DNA from: Octopus sinensis
Taxonomy: Eukaryota
Length of the DNA stretch: 64,000 nt
Direction: 5' to 3'
NCBI RefSeq assembly: GCF_006345805.1
Contig: NC_043006.1
Location: forward strand, 36,270,001-36,334,000
The notes under the pieces were generated by a model that did no database searches, was not told the DNA's origin, and saw nothing but the letters and a program-made list of their open reading frames with translations. Shown piece by piece: positions 51,701 to 64,000 of this stretch (the first letter of the stretch is position 1; every line of letters begins with the position of its first letter). The translations under genes were made by a program, and so were the position numbers.

Positions 51701-52679
51701 TTTTTCTCTTTTGCAAAGACTTGAAGATATTTAGCACCATTTTAAGATCACTTAACCTTATTGATATCAAAACACCTACCATGACTGCCACTGATTTTAT
51801 GATACAAAATCTCTTAATATTAAAACTTTATAATTTTATATAAGAATGTTTTGTTGTTCCAAATAACTGCTTTTGCTAAATTTTACCATATTCCTCCAAA
51901 TTATTGATTATTTTCCAAAATTAATTACATGATATAGAAAATGCATTTCATTGTATGTATGACATTGGAAGAGTTAAAATTAAACATGAATAGAGGAAGG
52001 TGAAATAGTAGGGAGATGTGAAGATAGGGAATGGTTAAAGTAATTTAAACAAAATAATATTAAACCTTCTTAACTCTTTAGGCAAATGGTATGGTAATTT
52101 AGACTGAATAGTATTAACTCTGCCTAACTGAAACCTTATTATCAGCTAAACTTTTATCATCAGCTAATTTAGTTAACACTTTTCCAATTTGATGAACTGG
52201 TCTCTTTTTTGAAAGCAAAATACCACTGGTTTGGATTTGTCTACATTAAGTGGTAGTTTATTTTCCTGTAGCTATCCACTGTGTATTGTCTGGTTTAAGT
52301 GCATGTTTAGACAGTGTTCAATTGTTTGTAAAATTTCTATTAGCAAACAAAAGCATTGCTCGTCTCAGTAAAATGGCTGGCGCTAGCATCAACATTGGAT
52401 TCTGAGTATGATTAATGGAATACATTAAATAGGGGATGAGAATAGCAGAGGTGTCATAAAATGAGACCCTAAGGGAGGCATGAATATCACACAATACTAT
52501 CTCTTTCCTCATCAATTGCAAATTTTATGTCTAAATAAGAAATCAATTTTAATTATTTTCATTGATTATCCAGATCACAGAATTTATATCTATTTTCATT
52601 TCATTTTTTTATATTGTTATCTTATACTCCCAGTCACCATCCTAACCACATTTTACCCAACTCTTCCTTCTCTGAACAA

Positions 52680-52925
52680 CCACCATCATCATCATTTTAA
52701 TGTCCACTTATCCATGCTTGCATGGTTTGGATGGAATTTATTAAGGCAGATTTTCAACAGCCAGATGCTTTTCCTGTTGCCAACCCTCACTTGGTTTCAA
52801 GTAAGGCAATATTTCACCACAACCAGACATGCTTCCATGGAAGATTAGAACAAAGGACACTGCTTACATGACGGACATCCATTTACAACTTTTATGTAAT
52901 GACAATGCATGGAAACAGTAAAATA

Positions 52926-52970
<45 letters not shown>

Positions 52971-53190
52971 TTGTATATGTTGATATATATGTATATATGT
53001 TTATATATTCACGCACACAAACGATATCTTCCTGTTTCCATCTATCAAATCCACTTACAAGGCTTTGGCTGACTGGAAGCTAGAGCAGAAGAAGACACTT
53101 GCCCATGGTGCCATGCAGTGGAACCATACTCAGAACCATGTGGTTGAGAAGCAAACTTCTTGCCTCACAGCCATGCCTGTGGCTCTGAAA
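52680..53190 (-). mobile_element. Composite SINE-like repeat, reverse orientation
   Basis: AAGACACTTGCCCATGGTGCC core; CCATGCTTGCATGG...GATGC...GCCAACC tail. Confidence 0.65.
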
Positions 53191-53437
53191 ATATCCTCCA
53201 AGGCCAGAGACCACATTTTTCATGCACAATCTGTACAATCTGTATTAATCTCACTAGTTTCAAAGGATCTGCACAGTTCATGGGTCCTACCACTCCTTCT
53301 TAACTAAATCATAAAATATTCTTTTAATTCTTTTAATTTTCTTTTATTTATTTTTTAGTTTTTTTTTTTCTCTTTTCCTTTCTTTTCTATTCTCAATGCC
53401 TTCATTTCTGTTCATGTCATTTCAAATTTATTATAAG

Positions 53438-53553
53438 AAATTCGATATTTATGGTTAGAATATGTTGTTCGATTTTGCATCGGTGATGTAATAAGGTTTA
53501 CTCCATTGAAAAATGAGATTGAAAGGAAGCTAATGTCTTTTATTGAAGAGTTG
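53438..53553 (+). CDS. Internal coding exon (IRYLWLEYVVRFCIGDVIRFTPLKNEIERKLMSFIEEL)
   Basis: ttataag|AA acceptor (alternative ggttag at 53458), phase-1 start matching the previous exon, 38 open codons, retains three CpGs in a CpG-poor domain. Donor ambiguous (53549 GA|gttggt or 53553 TTG|gttatg). Confidence 0.7.
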
Positions 53554-53880
53554 GTTATGTAGAGTTTAAGTTAAATGGTGCAGAAAATCTAAGAAATTAT
53601 TATTTTTTTTTCCTCTTTAATTCTCTCACTTTGTGTGTGTGTAGCATGTGTCTGTATGTGTGTATATTTTGTGCAGTTCTTTCTACTTCCTTATTTCTTT
53701 CTATTTATGTAATGTGTGTAAGAATTGCAGTCAGTCATGTGCATATTTTTGTGTGTGTCTATAAATACACACACACCGAGATTTGTATGCATATGGCTAT
53801 ATATAATGTCTGCATGCATGATTGTATATCTAAGTATGTTTGTGTATTTATGGACATATACATATATAGATACATTTGTG

Positions 53881-53926
<46 letters not shown>

Positions 53927-54384
53927 ACACACACACACATACCATACACATGTGTGCATATGTATAAATGTGTATATATATGTACACACACGTGTGTGTA
54001 TAGTATCTTAAACTCATGAGAAACAAGCTTGTTTTCTGTATATTTCCTTATCTAATTATGTTAATTCTACTTCCTGATTCAGCTGTAATAAATCTAAGTG
54101 AATCTATATTTTCTTTTTGAAACAATTTATGAATGAAGTTTAAACAGTGAAAAAAAGAAATATGTTAGTCTCTTTTTTAGAGCTCACTTTTTGAACATTG
54201 TGTATAAATGTTTCATGTTACTCGTAGTTAGTTGTCAGTGTGCACAAAAATTGTATGTAGTGCAAATTTGATTCCTGTGACAAAAGGTGGGGTTTAACCT
54301 GAGACTTGTAAGCTTTTAGGGCTAGGTTTCCAGTTTGAGGACAACTTCCTTCCTTTCCTTCAGTCTTTAAGGCCCTGAAAGGAA

Positions 54385-54830
54385 AATAGGTGCAGATATG
54401 GCTATTGGTGCAGGCAGCTTTATGATTAAGAAGTTTGCTTCCCAACCATGTGGTCTTGGATGCAATCTCAGTGCATGGCACCTTGGGTGAGAGTCTTCTA
54501 TTATAAACTCAGGCCAACGAAAGCCTTCTGAGTGAATTTGGTAGATGGAAACTGATAGAAGTCCTTAGTGTTTATGTATGCATGTATGCACATAAACATA
54601 GGTGTGTGTGTGTTTTTGTATACCTCTATCTTGAAATCAGATGAAGGCTATAAATGAGCATCACCATCAGTTTTGTTTCTAGTCTTGCATGAAAAACATG
54701 TCCGATCATGGAAAATATTACCTTGCTTGGAAATAGATGTGGGTTGACAACAGGTAGGTCATCTGGCTACAAACTCCATCTGACCCATGCAAGTATGGAA
54801 AAGAGGACATTAAATGATGGTGATGATTGT
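54385..54830 (+). mobile_element. Composite SINE-like repeat
   Basis: AAGAAGTTTGCTTCCCAACCATGTGG head, GGCACCTTGGG core, CCCATGCAAGTATGGAAAA...GACATTAAATGATG tail. Confidence 0.7.
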
Positions 54831-54909
54831 TACTCATCCCACCACAATTAAACAGTGAAAATAAAAAGTTGTGTATAAATTAAATATAGTTACTAATTAA
54901 TACATTTAG

Positions 54910-54952
54910 GCAAACTAGTCTTTTGTGCTTGCAATTTTCTTTTGTAAAAAAG
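54910..54952 (+). CDS. Possible coding exon (QTSLLCLQFSFVKK)
   Basis: tactaattaatacatttag|G acceptor with branch-like TACTAAT and AAG|gtgtgc donor; phase 2 start fits the 53549 donor. Weak. Confidence 0.25.
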
Positions 54953-57006
54953 GTGTGCACATGCTTGCATCTTAGGCTAGTGGTTTGCCTGTGCATGTGT
55001 TTGAACATGTATACAGCCTCTCTCAATATAGTTATAGTATTTTAAAAATAACACAGTATTTGTGCATATGTTGCTGTTCAGCACCTGGGCTAACCTTGAA
55101 TGAGAAAATTCTCAGGTCAAATGCATCCCAATCATGAACATCCCTCATTATAGAGTTGTCTAGAATTTTGCTAGTTTAACATCACTGCCTGCCCCTTATA
55201 TGATTTTAGAATACAGTGTAATGCAACTATTTCAATCAGATCTCTTCACCCCACCAGTCTTTAATGCCCCGAAAAGCTTCATAGATACTGCTCTTTCTCC
55301 TCTGAATAAGTCATTGATAGAAAGAGAGAGAGAGGAGAACAGGTAGGGGACAAGCCTGTTGAGGAAGTTAAATTTGAGAGATTTGGTTGCTATTTCTATT
55401 AGTCTGAGCTCCCATGTGGAAGCATCTTCTTTTGGTCTATGAAAGGGACCCTAGTACATTCTATATACACTGGATCTGTGAAAATCACTGCAGAACATTC
55501 TGGTTGTTGTTGTTATTACTTACCTCTAAGCTGTAACCATCCTGCTTTTTATCTAGATATAGTATATCTTGGACTACTGTATTTAATGTCTGCTTTTTAA
55601 ATAGAATAAGATGTGAGGGGTGGGATTTTGGCTGCTATTTCTAACAGACTCTATGACCATGTAGAAGCCTTACTTTTTGGCACATGGAAATAATAGTAGA
55701 GAGATAAGATGCTGAATTCTAATGTCTGTCAATATCATAAGAACTTTCAAAATACAACTGATTGCTTAATGTTAATTCTTGAACATAAAGACTTCAGATA
55801 AATAGCAAGAAAGCAATAATTATGAGAGGACTTGAGAAATACTTCAATCCACTTTCAAGTGTTGCTTACATAAATGTTATTGTACATACACACACTTACA
55901 TGAACACACATACACATTCCTATTCTTTTACTGGTGTCATTTATTGGACTGTAGTTATGCTGCTTTCAATAGTATAGTTGATTATATCGACTTCAGTATT
56001 AGAAAACTGGTACTTGTTCTGTTGATTTCAGAAGGATGAAAGGTCAAGTAAACTTGGATGAATTTTTGCATATGTGTTTGTGTGTATATTAATAGAAATA
56101 TGGCACTGGAGGATGGCAAAGAACAAATGCAGAAACATGCAAAAACACAGTGGACATAGACATGCTCAGTCCTTCATCAGTTACCAACCAAGTATCAATG
56201 TGTGAATGTGTTTGAGTGTTTCTTTATGTCTTCATATTGTCACAGTTGAAGCAAAAGCATTGAGTCTTTGTCTTTCATAAATGTTTCATAGCTTATCGGT
56301 TTTATTGTGTGTGAAGACTAGTGGAATAAAAGTACCTTACTCAAAATCAAGTAAAGGTTGGTTACAAGAGAGGCATCTGACTATAAAATATTTCCTCAAT
56401 TAGTCTCATCTACCTCAATCCAGCAAGACATAAAAATGCTGATTATAAATGTATATACATAATCTTGTGTGAATCATAGGAGAGATAAGTTCATGGTTGA
56501 CAAAGAATCTACAATCCACATTGGATGCTATCTTGTAGCTATGTCACCTACACTGCTAATATTCTTGGGCATGACATTATATCACAACATCCTTTTTGTT
56601 ATTCTTTGATATCAATAGAGTTAGATACCTGATCATGGACGGTTGAACAATTCACTTGGTCTTATGCTACTAGGGTGTAGATTTAGCATCTGTCTGTCTG
56701 CCCATCCAACTTTCTTTCCTTGCTGTTGCTTTTGTTATTCTTTACTTGATGTAAACATTGCGGTAACTTTTACATGGCTAAAGCCAGTTATGTCTGTGTG
56801 CTTGTGCAAGTTCAATAGATATCTAAGTCCAGTTCATGGTTATTTTGTTATCAATTGAATAGATATTAGTAGCAATCTTTAGTTGATGCAAAGCTGAGGA
56901 TGGAATGGGTCACTCTGCCAATACGCATACATAATAGTACAGAATATATCTGTGTGGATTATCTGAAGCTTTAATGACCAGCTCCACTCTAGTTTATATT
57001 ATTTGT

Positions 57007-57047
<41 letters not shown>

Positions 57048-58011
57048 TAAATGCATGTTCCTCTGAGTGTGTGTGTATAGGTTTAACATAAAAAGCACCT
57101 ATGTTGGTGTCACGTATAAGGCACCCAGTATACTCTTTAAAGTGATTGGTGTTAGGAAAGGCATCCAGCTGTAGAAAACAGACATTTGGAGACTGAGTAG
57201 CTCTCCAGCTGGTCAACTCCTGTCAAACCATCCAACCTATACTGGTATGGTAGTGGGTACTTTTTACGTACCACCGATATGGGAGCCAGTTGGGTGGCGC
57301 TGGCAATGACCACGCTTGACTGATGCTTTTTACATGCCACTGACATAGGCGCCTGTCAGGTGGTACTGGCATCGACCACACTTGTATGGGGCTTTTTATG
57401 TGCCACCAACGCGATATTTATACTTGTAATATTTATTGTGTGTGTGTAGTTGTAACTAGTAGTTCAAGTAGCTTAATACTTCACAAATAAAGACCTCAAG
57501 CCGAAGTAGTCGGTAGGTATTCCTCAAACTATTGGTAGATATTCCAGTTATCACATGCTATAATCGTGATTATAGTGGTTGCTGAATGAAGATTGATGTT
57601 TGAAATCTAGGAATAAGGTTAGTAGTCGTAGTTACTCCCATCATCACCATCACCACCACCATCACCACCACCACCACCATCACCACATACACATACGTAA
57701 GTATATACAAACTTATACACACACAAAAATATATATGTATTCATATACACACCAAAAGGCATAAATATGCGCAAAAGTGCATAAACTCACTTGATCATAC
57801 ACCCAATGATGTGCCAAATCAAAAAGCTGAGATGTGCACTAAATGCATTATTGAACATAAATGTGCAAGATAAGCTACGAAGGATATATATGTATGGATA
57901 TATATATGGAGGGAGAGAGAGAATCAACCAACCAGCTAACTCAGCACCAATATAATGTGCTTGCATCTACATATATAAATGGACATCTTTGCAATTAACC
58001 TGCTATGTTAG

Positions 58012-58087
58012 GTGTGGTAGCATTTGTCAAAGAAAAGTTGGACCGATTCCAGCTTAGACTTTTGACAGTAACCTGCAATTACCACAG
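58012..58087 (+). CDS. Internal coding exon (VVAFVKEKLDRFQLRLLTVTCNYH)
   Basis: tgctatgttag|G acceptor, CAG|gtaatg donor; only the phase-1 frame is open. At least one linking exon upstream is unresolved. Confidence 0.65.
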
Positions 58088-58103
58088 GTAATGCACCTCC
58101 CGC

Positions 58104-58136
<33 letters not shown>

Positions 58137-58679
58137 CATGAAAATATGCATACATACATGTATGTAAATGTTCTTATATATCGAACATAGAGAGATAAGA
58201 ATAGATATGCACACATTTTTCTTCCCTGCTCCTGCAATCATTTTCCCTGCTCTTCCTCACAACTGTACAAAGACTCAGCTACAGTCACATGTGTGCTCAT
58301 GTAGATACACAAAAGCACTTATGCTTGGATACTTTTCTTTTGAAATATTCTTTAATATATTTCTCCCACTAGGCTCTAATTCGAACCCACTCTATCCTCT
58401 GTCTTCCCTCTTCCTTGCTTTTCTCTTTCTGTCTTCTTTCCCCTCCTCCCGTCTTCCTATTTTCTCCCTTCCTTTCTTTTTTTCTGTCAATCAATTGTAT
58501 GTACCTGCCTGTGTCCATTTATATATTTCAAATGGAAGGGCTGGGATGATATATATTGATTATATCCAGCTAATGTTATATAGATTAATAATATAATAGA
58601 ATTGGTAGCAAAAAAAAAAAGGTATCTCGGAGAGAAAGAGAGAATGAAATAAAAGTGTGTATGTGTGTGTGTGTGTGTA

Positions 58680-59110
58680 TGTTATGCAAATTTGCAGTAA
58701 AAAGAACTCCTTCAAGCTAGTCTAGAAAAGCAGATTTACAACTGGAAGATGTGTGTGCATACAAATGTAACTGTGCATGTGTGTGCATGCAAGTATGCAT
58801 AATTTGCAAATTTAGTGATATAAGTACCCCATTCAAATCATCATGGAACAGTTGATTTACAACTGGAAAGATATATGTATCTGTGTGTGCTTGTGTGTAA
58901 TATGCAAATTTGGTGGGAGGAAAAAAAAACTACCTCATTCATGGTAGGGAAGAAAAGTAGATGTACAAGTAGGAAATAAGTGTATGACACATATATTTAT
59001 GCAAATGCATGGTTGCACTCACATCATGTATGTGTATCATGCAAATTTGGGGAGAAAACTACCCCATTTGAAGCTGCCTTGGAAAAGTGGATGTACAGCT
59101 GAAAAGTATG
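58680..59110. repeat. Degenerate four-unit tandem array (~100-135-bp period) carrying octamer motifs
   Basis: ATGCAAAT at 58684, 58902, 58999 and 59039, TTGCAAAT at 58804; GAA.AG..GAT.TACA..TGGAA-like motif at ~58725, 58846, 58952 and 59081. Confidence 0.8.
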
Positions 59111-59279
59111 TGGGGATGGGGGTTGTGCATAGTGTGATATGTGAAATTGAAAAACATGAAAGGAAGAATCTAGAAAAGAGTAAAATGCTGAAGCAAAAGA
59201 AATTGTGCGATAAAAACCAAGATCTGAGATACAAGAAGGCCATATAATCATGGCAAAAGGGATATATTAGAAATAATAA

Positions 59280-60125
59280 TAATAATAATAATAATAATTA
59301 TAATGGTTTTGGGGGAAGGGGGTGAGTCAATTACATCGACCCCTTCCCCCCAGTGTTCAACTGGTACTTATTTTATTGACTCCGAAAGGATGAAAGGCAA
59401 AGTTGACCTTGTAATATAATGATAATATTAATCCTTTCTGCTGTGGGCTCAAGGCTTGAAATTTGGTGGTAGAGGGCTATTCAATTACATCAACCCCAAT
59501 GCTCAACTTGTACTTATTTAATCAACCCCAAAAGGATGAAAGGTGAAGTTAACCTTGGTAGATTTTGAACTAAGCTACTTGTCAAGTGATTCTGCCAGCT
59601 TCTTACCTTATGTTTTAAATTTTATCACCGAGTAAACTATTTTGGGGAGATGAGTTTGTCGATTACAACAACCCCAGTACTTGATTGGTGCTTTATTTTG
59701 ATGACCCTGAAAGAATGAAAAGCAAAGTTGACTTAGGTGGGATTTATACTCAGAACATAAAGAACATATTTATCATGAGCCCACACCTATGTAGAGACAG
59801 TTGAGAGGGTGTAGTGCAATTGATTAATGTTACCCCCTCACACACATGCCTTGACTATACAACTATTAGTTTTATTACTGATCGTAGAAAAATAAGATAT
59901 AAAATTGATCTCAATGAAGTATGAATTTAAAGAGTTCAGTGTTCAACTCCTGTTTTTTCAGTTGCCTTAATAATTATAATAATTCTGATTTCTAGCATTA
60001 GCTCAAGGTCTCACATATTGGAGAAGGATTATAGTTGATAATCTTGATTAATAGTTTAATTTTTCAATCCCAGAAAGATGAAAACAAAGTTGACTTTGAT
60101 GGGATTTGAAGTCAGAAAGGCAAAG
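59280..60125 (-). mobile_element. Cluster of at least four co-oriented decayed SINEs (second family)
   Basis: Repeated ATTACATC.ACCCC...GATGAAA.GCAAAGTTGAC blocks at ~59330, 59480, 59660 and 60070. Confidence 0.8.
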
Positions 60126-60939
60126 CATTTATATTAGATGCTCTACTGCATCTACCAAATGGTGATTTCTTTGCCATGAATTTGATGGGAGAATATAGCT
60201 TCTTATATTAACCACACCTCAAAGATTTACCATAGGTACAAAGTCACAAATTTGTGGAAAATGGGTTATCGCTGCTGTTTAGCCCCAGATTTTGCACTGA
60301 TGCAGCAAATGTTTTCCAACTGTGACCATCTGTTCTTTTATTTTCAGACATATTTTTTCTAGGGCATCATTAATTTAATGTGACCTTTCCTTTTTAAAGA
60401 CATTAAGATGTGATTTGAGGGAGTTTTGGTTACTATTGCTATCAAGATAATCACCCCTTAAAAAGGAGTATGCATGGTTTGTTAAATCAATTAAGAAGAA
60501 TTTCTAACAAAGGTACATATATCTACACATTTAGAATTTTACTGCAATTCTTGACTGGAATTCACTTTAGAAACCCCGAACTATATATTAAATTCTCAGC
60601 ATCTATATCTCTTTTAATAAAATACTTAATAAAATTTGAAAATGAAATTTCATTTTTTAAAATTATTGATCTTTTATTAATATTTACATTATATTTATAC
60701 TGTTTATTATTTACCAATCTACTTATTTACTTTTAACCTGTTTTTTGCTGGAAGTTATTTCATACTTTTAAATTTTCATCTATTTTTTGTCTTATTTTCT
60801 TCCCAGCTTATGTAAAATGCAGTATAGCCATGTATCTCCTATATAATAAAACACTTATGGTTGTCCTATCATTACTTTAGACTCTCAACAACTAGCATAA
60901 AGTCACCTGCCTCTCAAATATTCCCCACTCCACTTAATT

Positions 60940-61170
60940 GAAGGACCTTTTTCTTTTTGCTGCCTCATTCCTGTCCTGCAAGTTAGTTGGCAACCTCACT
61001 TGCGCTAGTGGCATGAGAAAATCACCAAGTACACACTGTAAAGTGGTCAGCATTGGGAAGGGCATCCAAGGGTAGAAACCCTGCCAAAACTGACTTTGGG
61101 ACTCATCACTGACATATGGCTTGCTGGAATCCTGTCCAACTTATGTCAGCATAGAAAATGGATGCTAAAT
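60940..61170 (+). mobile_element. RTE-related short interspersed repeat
   Basis: GGGAAGGGCATCCAAGGGTAGAAACC...GCATAGAAAATGGATGCTAAATGATGATG. Confidence 0.65.
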
Positions 61171-61742
61171 GATGATGATGAGGATGATTATCATTTTCAT
61201 ACCTATCCTCATCAACATTATCATGCCTATCATCACCACCATTGTCATTATTATACCTACCATTGTTGTCATCACTTTGGTTTTCATCACTGTTACTATC
61301 GTCATCACTATTGATATTATTACTCTTATCCTCATGTATTCCTTATCATAGTTATTGGTGGTGGTGGTGGGGATGGTTTAGAAAAATCAATATTCACAGT
61401 GCACTCCCACATACCTCACCTAAACTAGTGCTTCCACCAACTTCTTTCCTCCACCTTCACTCTCATTAAGTGATCCAGTGTCTTACTTTCATTTCGTGAT
61501 TCGTCTCAAACATGCCCCTCCCCCATTCAGTCTTTTTCTTGAATCTCCATCTCTACCAACCTTACTTTCTGTTATTCAAAGACAATAGAAATTAAGAATG
61601 CCAGCAGGCAATAAGGGTTCAGTTTCTTGTCTTTTAATTGAGCTAAATTTATAATTTATTTATTCCCTGTTCTTTAAATGGTTGTTTTTTTTTCTACTTG
61701 TTTCTTTTTTCAAATGCTACCTCACTCTTTTATTCTTTAATG

Positions 61743-61794
<52 letters not shown>

Positions 61795-63689
61795 ATATAT
61801 ATATATATATCTGTTTGAATGATGATGTGTGTTTGTGTATATATATATATATATATATATCTGTGCGAATAGTGATGTGTGTGTGTGTGTGTAGACAGTT
61901 TATAATATATATTCTTAAATAGATACCTTATGTTATATTGTTAAAGAATGAAGCAAAGGGATGTGAGATGAAAAGAACAAAAAGCAACAATAATAGCAGA
62001 AACAAGAACATTAGCAAAAAAATGATGCAGATGATCGTAGCAGCAGTGATGATTATTACCATGCTATTCATAATGATAATAATGACAATAAACATGATGG
62101 CAATAGTAATTATGATAATGATAGTTATTATAATAATGATAATCTCAGTGTTTTTTACATTAGTTTTGGTAACATAATTCTAGCTATTTCCTGTTTGAGT
62201 TAGAATGTTTTTTCTTAATTTTTCTTCCAGATCCATATTTTCTTTTGTTTTTCCTTTTCTGTTTTGTTTCCATTCTTCCTTGTCTTAATTTTTTTCTCCC
62301 TTGATATTTTTTCTTTTTATTCTTGTATTTGTTTTTTTTTTTTTGCATGTATGTATGTATTAGGTATGTATGTTTATGTATTAGGTGTATATATGTATGT
62401 ATGTTCATCCTTTTCTTCTCTTCTATTTTTGATTTGAAATCTTACTGTAGGGAAGGATCTGGTTTCTAACAACGATACAAAGTTCCATCATTGAATGTAG
62501 ATAACAAAAGCAATATCACCTTTTGAACTTGAGACAAGTCTTGACATTTTTATTGTTCCATTTACAGAGATTGTATTTGTAATGTGTGTGTTAGGTGGTT
62601 GATTTCTTTTTCTGAAAACTCTGACTTTTCCAGGTTGTTGCTTAGGCATTTACTAATGTGTGTATGTGTGTTTATGCTTGCATACAAACTTTACAATGTA
62701 TACATGTAAATTCACAGACATACATGTATTGTAAAGTTTGCATGCATGAATATTTGTAAAGCTAGCACAAAAAATAAATGTATTCCCTTCAACAGCTGTC
62801 AACTAAATATTGTAGTGATTTATATACATTCATGTATGTATGTGTGCGTTTATATGCATGAATGTTTCAGTCAATTATTGACCAGCACGTAGACTGCTCC
62901 ATGTGCCACTGTTACTTCAATTGCACCTTTCATTTTACCTTTCTTTTTTCAATTATTCCCCCTCCCCAAAGACAGTGTTTGGAATGTCATATTTTTTTTT
63001 TCCCCCCATGTCTGAATACACACACACACAACTATACATCACATACATGACACTTTTATGGTTAAATCAGTACTGTATTGAATTACTGAGAGGGAGGGCT
63101 AAGCATGTATATCATGTCATGTCACTAACACTGAAGTGTTGCCTCTGTTCCATTATCACAATTCTAAACTAGCTTAGTCCAACTAAATGTAAATAGATAC
63201 CTCAGATAAGGAACAAGTAACTGCATTAATTGGCAGCACTAGCTTGAGATGACTAAATTGATGAACACTGCTGAGTTCATCTCTGTCTGTGAATATTGAT
63301 TGTAGGTGGATGGGTTCTGCTGCAAAATCAACTTCACATACACTCCCTTTAAAACACAGCTTCTCTGATGCATTATGCTAGATTTCATAGGAATGTTGGC
63401 TGTTTCACTGATTATACAACTTAAAACTATCTACTTACTTAATTACAGTGTAAGCGGTTGAATAATAGAGAGACACTTGTTCCTTTAAACACATTCCTCA
63501 AGTATAATCTGTATGATTATTTGAATCACAGCTACATTTGATCTGATGGGCTCTTGCCATTTAGCAAGCTTTATATATGCATGCACACACACATGCACGC
63601 ACGCACGCACGCACACTGTGAAAAAATTCAATATATACAAGAAGCAGGCATACACAACACTGGTAATTCCTCCAACTGTGATACACATT

Positions 63690-64000
63690 GTACACCACCA
63701 CAACATCATGGCTTGAGAACTCACTCAGATAAAGAATACAGGCCAGGAAGAATTGGTCATATCAATGAACTACCAACAAAAACTCATAGACACATTGCCA
63801 CATAATAATTCAACTGCTTGTTCCAATCCTGTACAATACACACAATCAAATAAGCCTAACAGCAGATATAGGAATGAGGATGTGCTCTGGTTCAATCTGA
63901 TTTTTGGTTTGCATGTTTCAACCAAGATCAATGGAAAATTTTTTGCAGCATTGGACAAATGTTTTCCTAAATCTAATTGGTATCATGTATCATGTTTTCC
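63690..64000 (+). mobile_element. Penelope-like element remnant (RT C-terminal region)
   Basis: Frameshifted WFNL.F...VSTKINGKFFAALDKCFPKSN matches the recalled Penelope-like motif WFNPPFS..V.TNIG..FL.L.DK.FP; runs off the window edge. Confidence 0.7.

Noticed and set aside
55240-55342. Open exon-like segment with AG acceptor and CAG|gtaggg donor
   Set aside because: Lies inside a dispersed repeat (55070-55450), includes a GA microsatellite, and its phases fit neither neighbour.
56317-56356. Phase 0-to-1 segment (TSGIKVPYSKSSK) that would bridge the 53553 and 58012 exons
   Set aside because: Overlaps the decayed RTE-related repeat motif, and other equally weak candidates exist near 56.8-56.9 kb; cannot choose without RNA data.
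60807-63380. Several strong-looking acceptors (60807, 62445, 62634, 63306) as next or terminal exon
   Set aside because: Each gives only a short frame or lacks a convincing donor; not supportable individually.

Overview
AT-rich, repeat-saturated eukaryotic DNA. The SINE families, microsatellite load and TE mix match what I recall of octopod cephalopods (Octopus sp.); this is an inference, not a database result. I found no prokaryotic genes, CRISPR arrays or rRNA and no convincing tRNA gene. Nearly all ORFs in the supplied track are microsatellite or low-complexity artefacts. By eye the window has three CpG domains: poor at ~1-1.4 kb, rich at ~1.4-38.2 kb, poor at ~38.2-64 kb. The right domain begins just after a candidate first coding exon (38074-38116). 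Five phase-compatible GT-AG exons (38074-53553) join into one stop-free ~114-aa frame that I cannot assign to a family, and a further exon lies at 58012-58087. A 148-bp inverted repeat with only 3 mismatches (40942-41089 / 46473-46620) brackets two of these exons, which total 147 nt and can be removed without breaking frame. This is the best lead: RNA-pairing-driven exon loop-out, circRNA formation or an ADAR substrate. A second near-identical inverted duplication lies at 13700-14488. The rest is decayed RTE, CR1-like and Penelope-like retroelements, Tc1/mariner deletion derivatives, hAT MITEs, a Helentron-like element carrying a 1.24-kb insert, foldback elements and many tRNA-derived SINEs. 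All alignments, translations and counts were done by hand.
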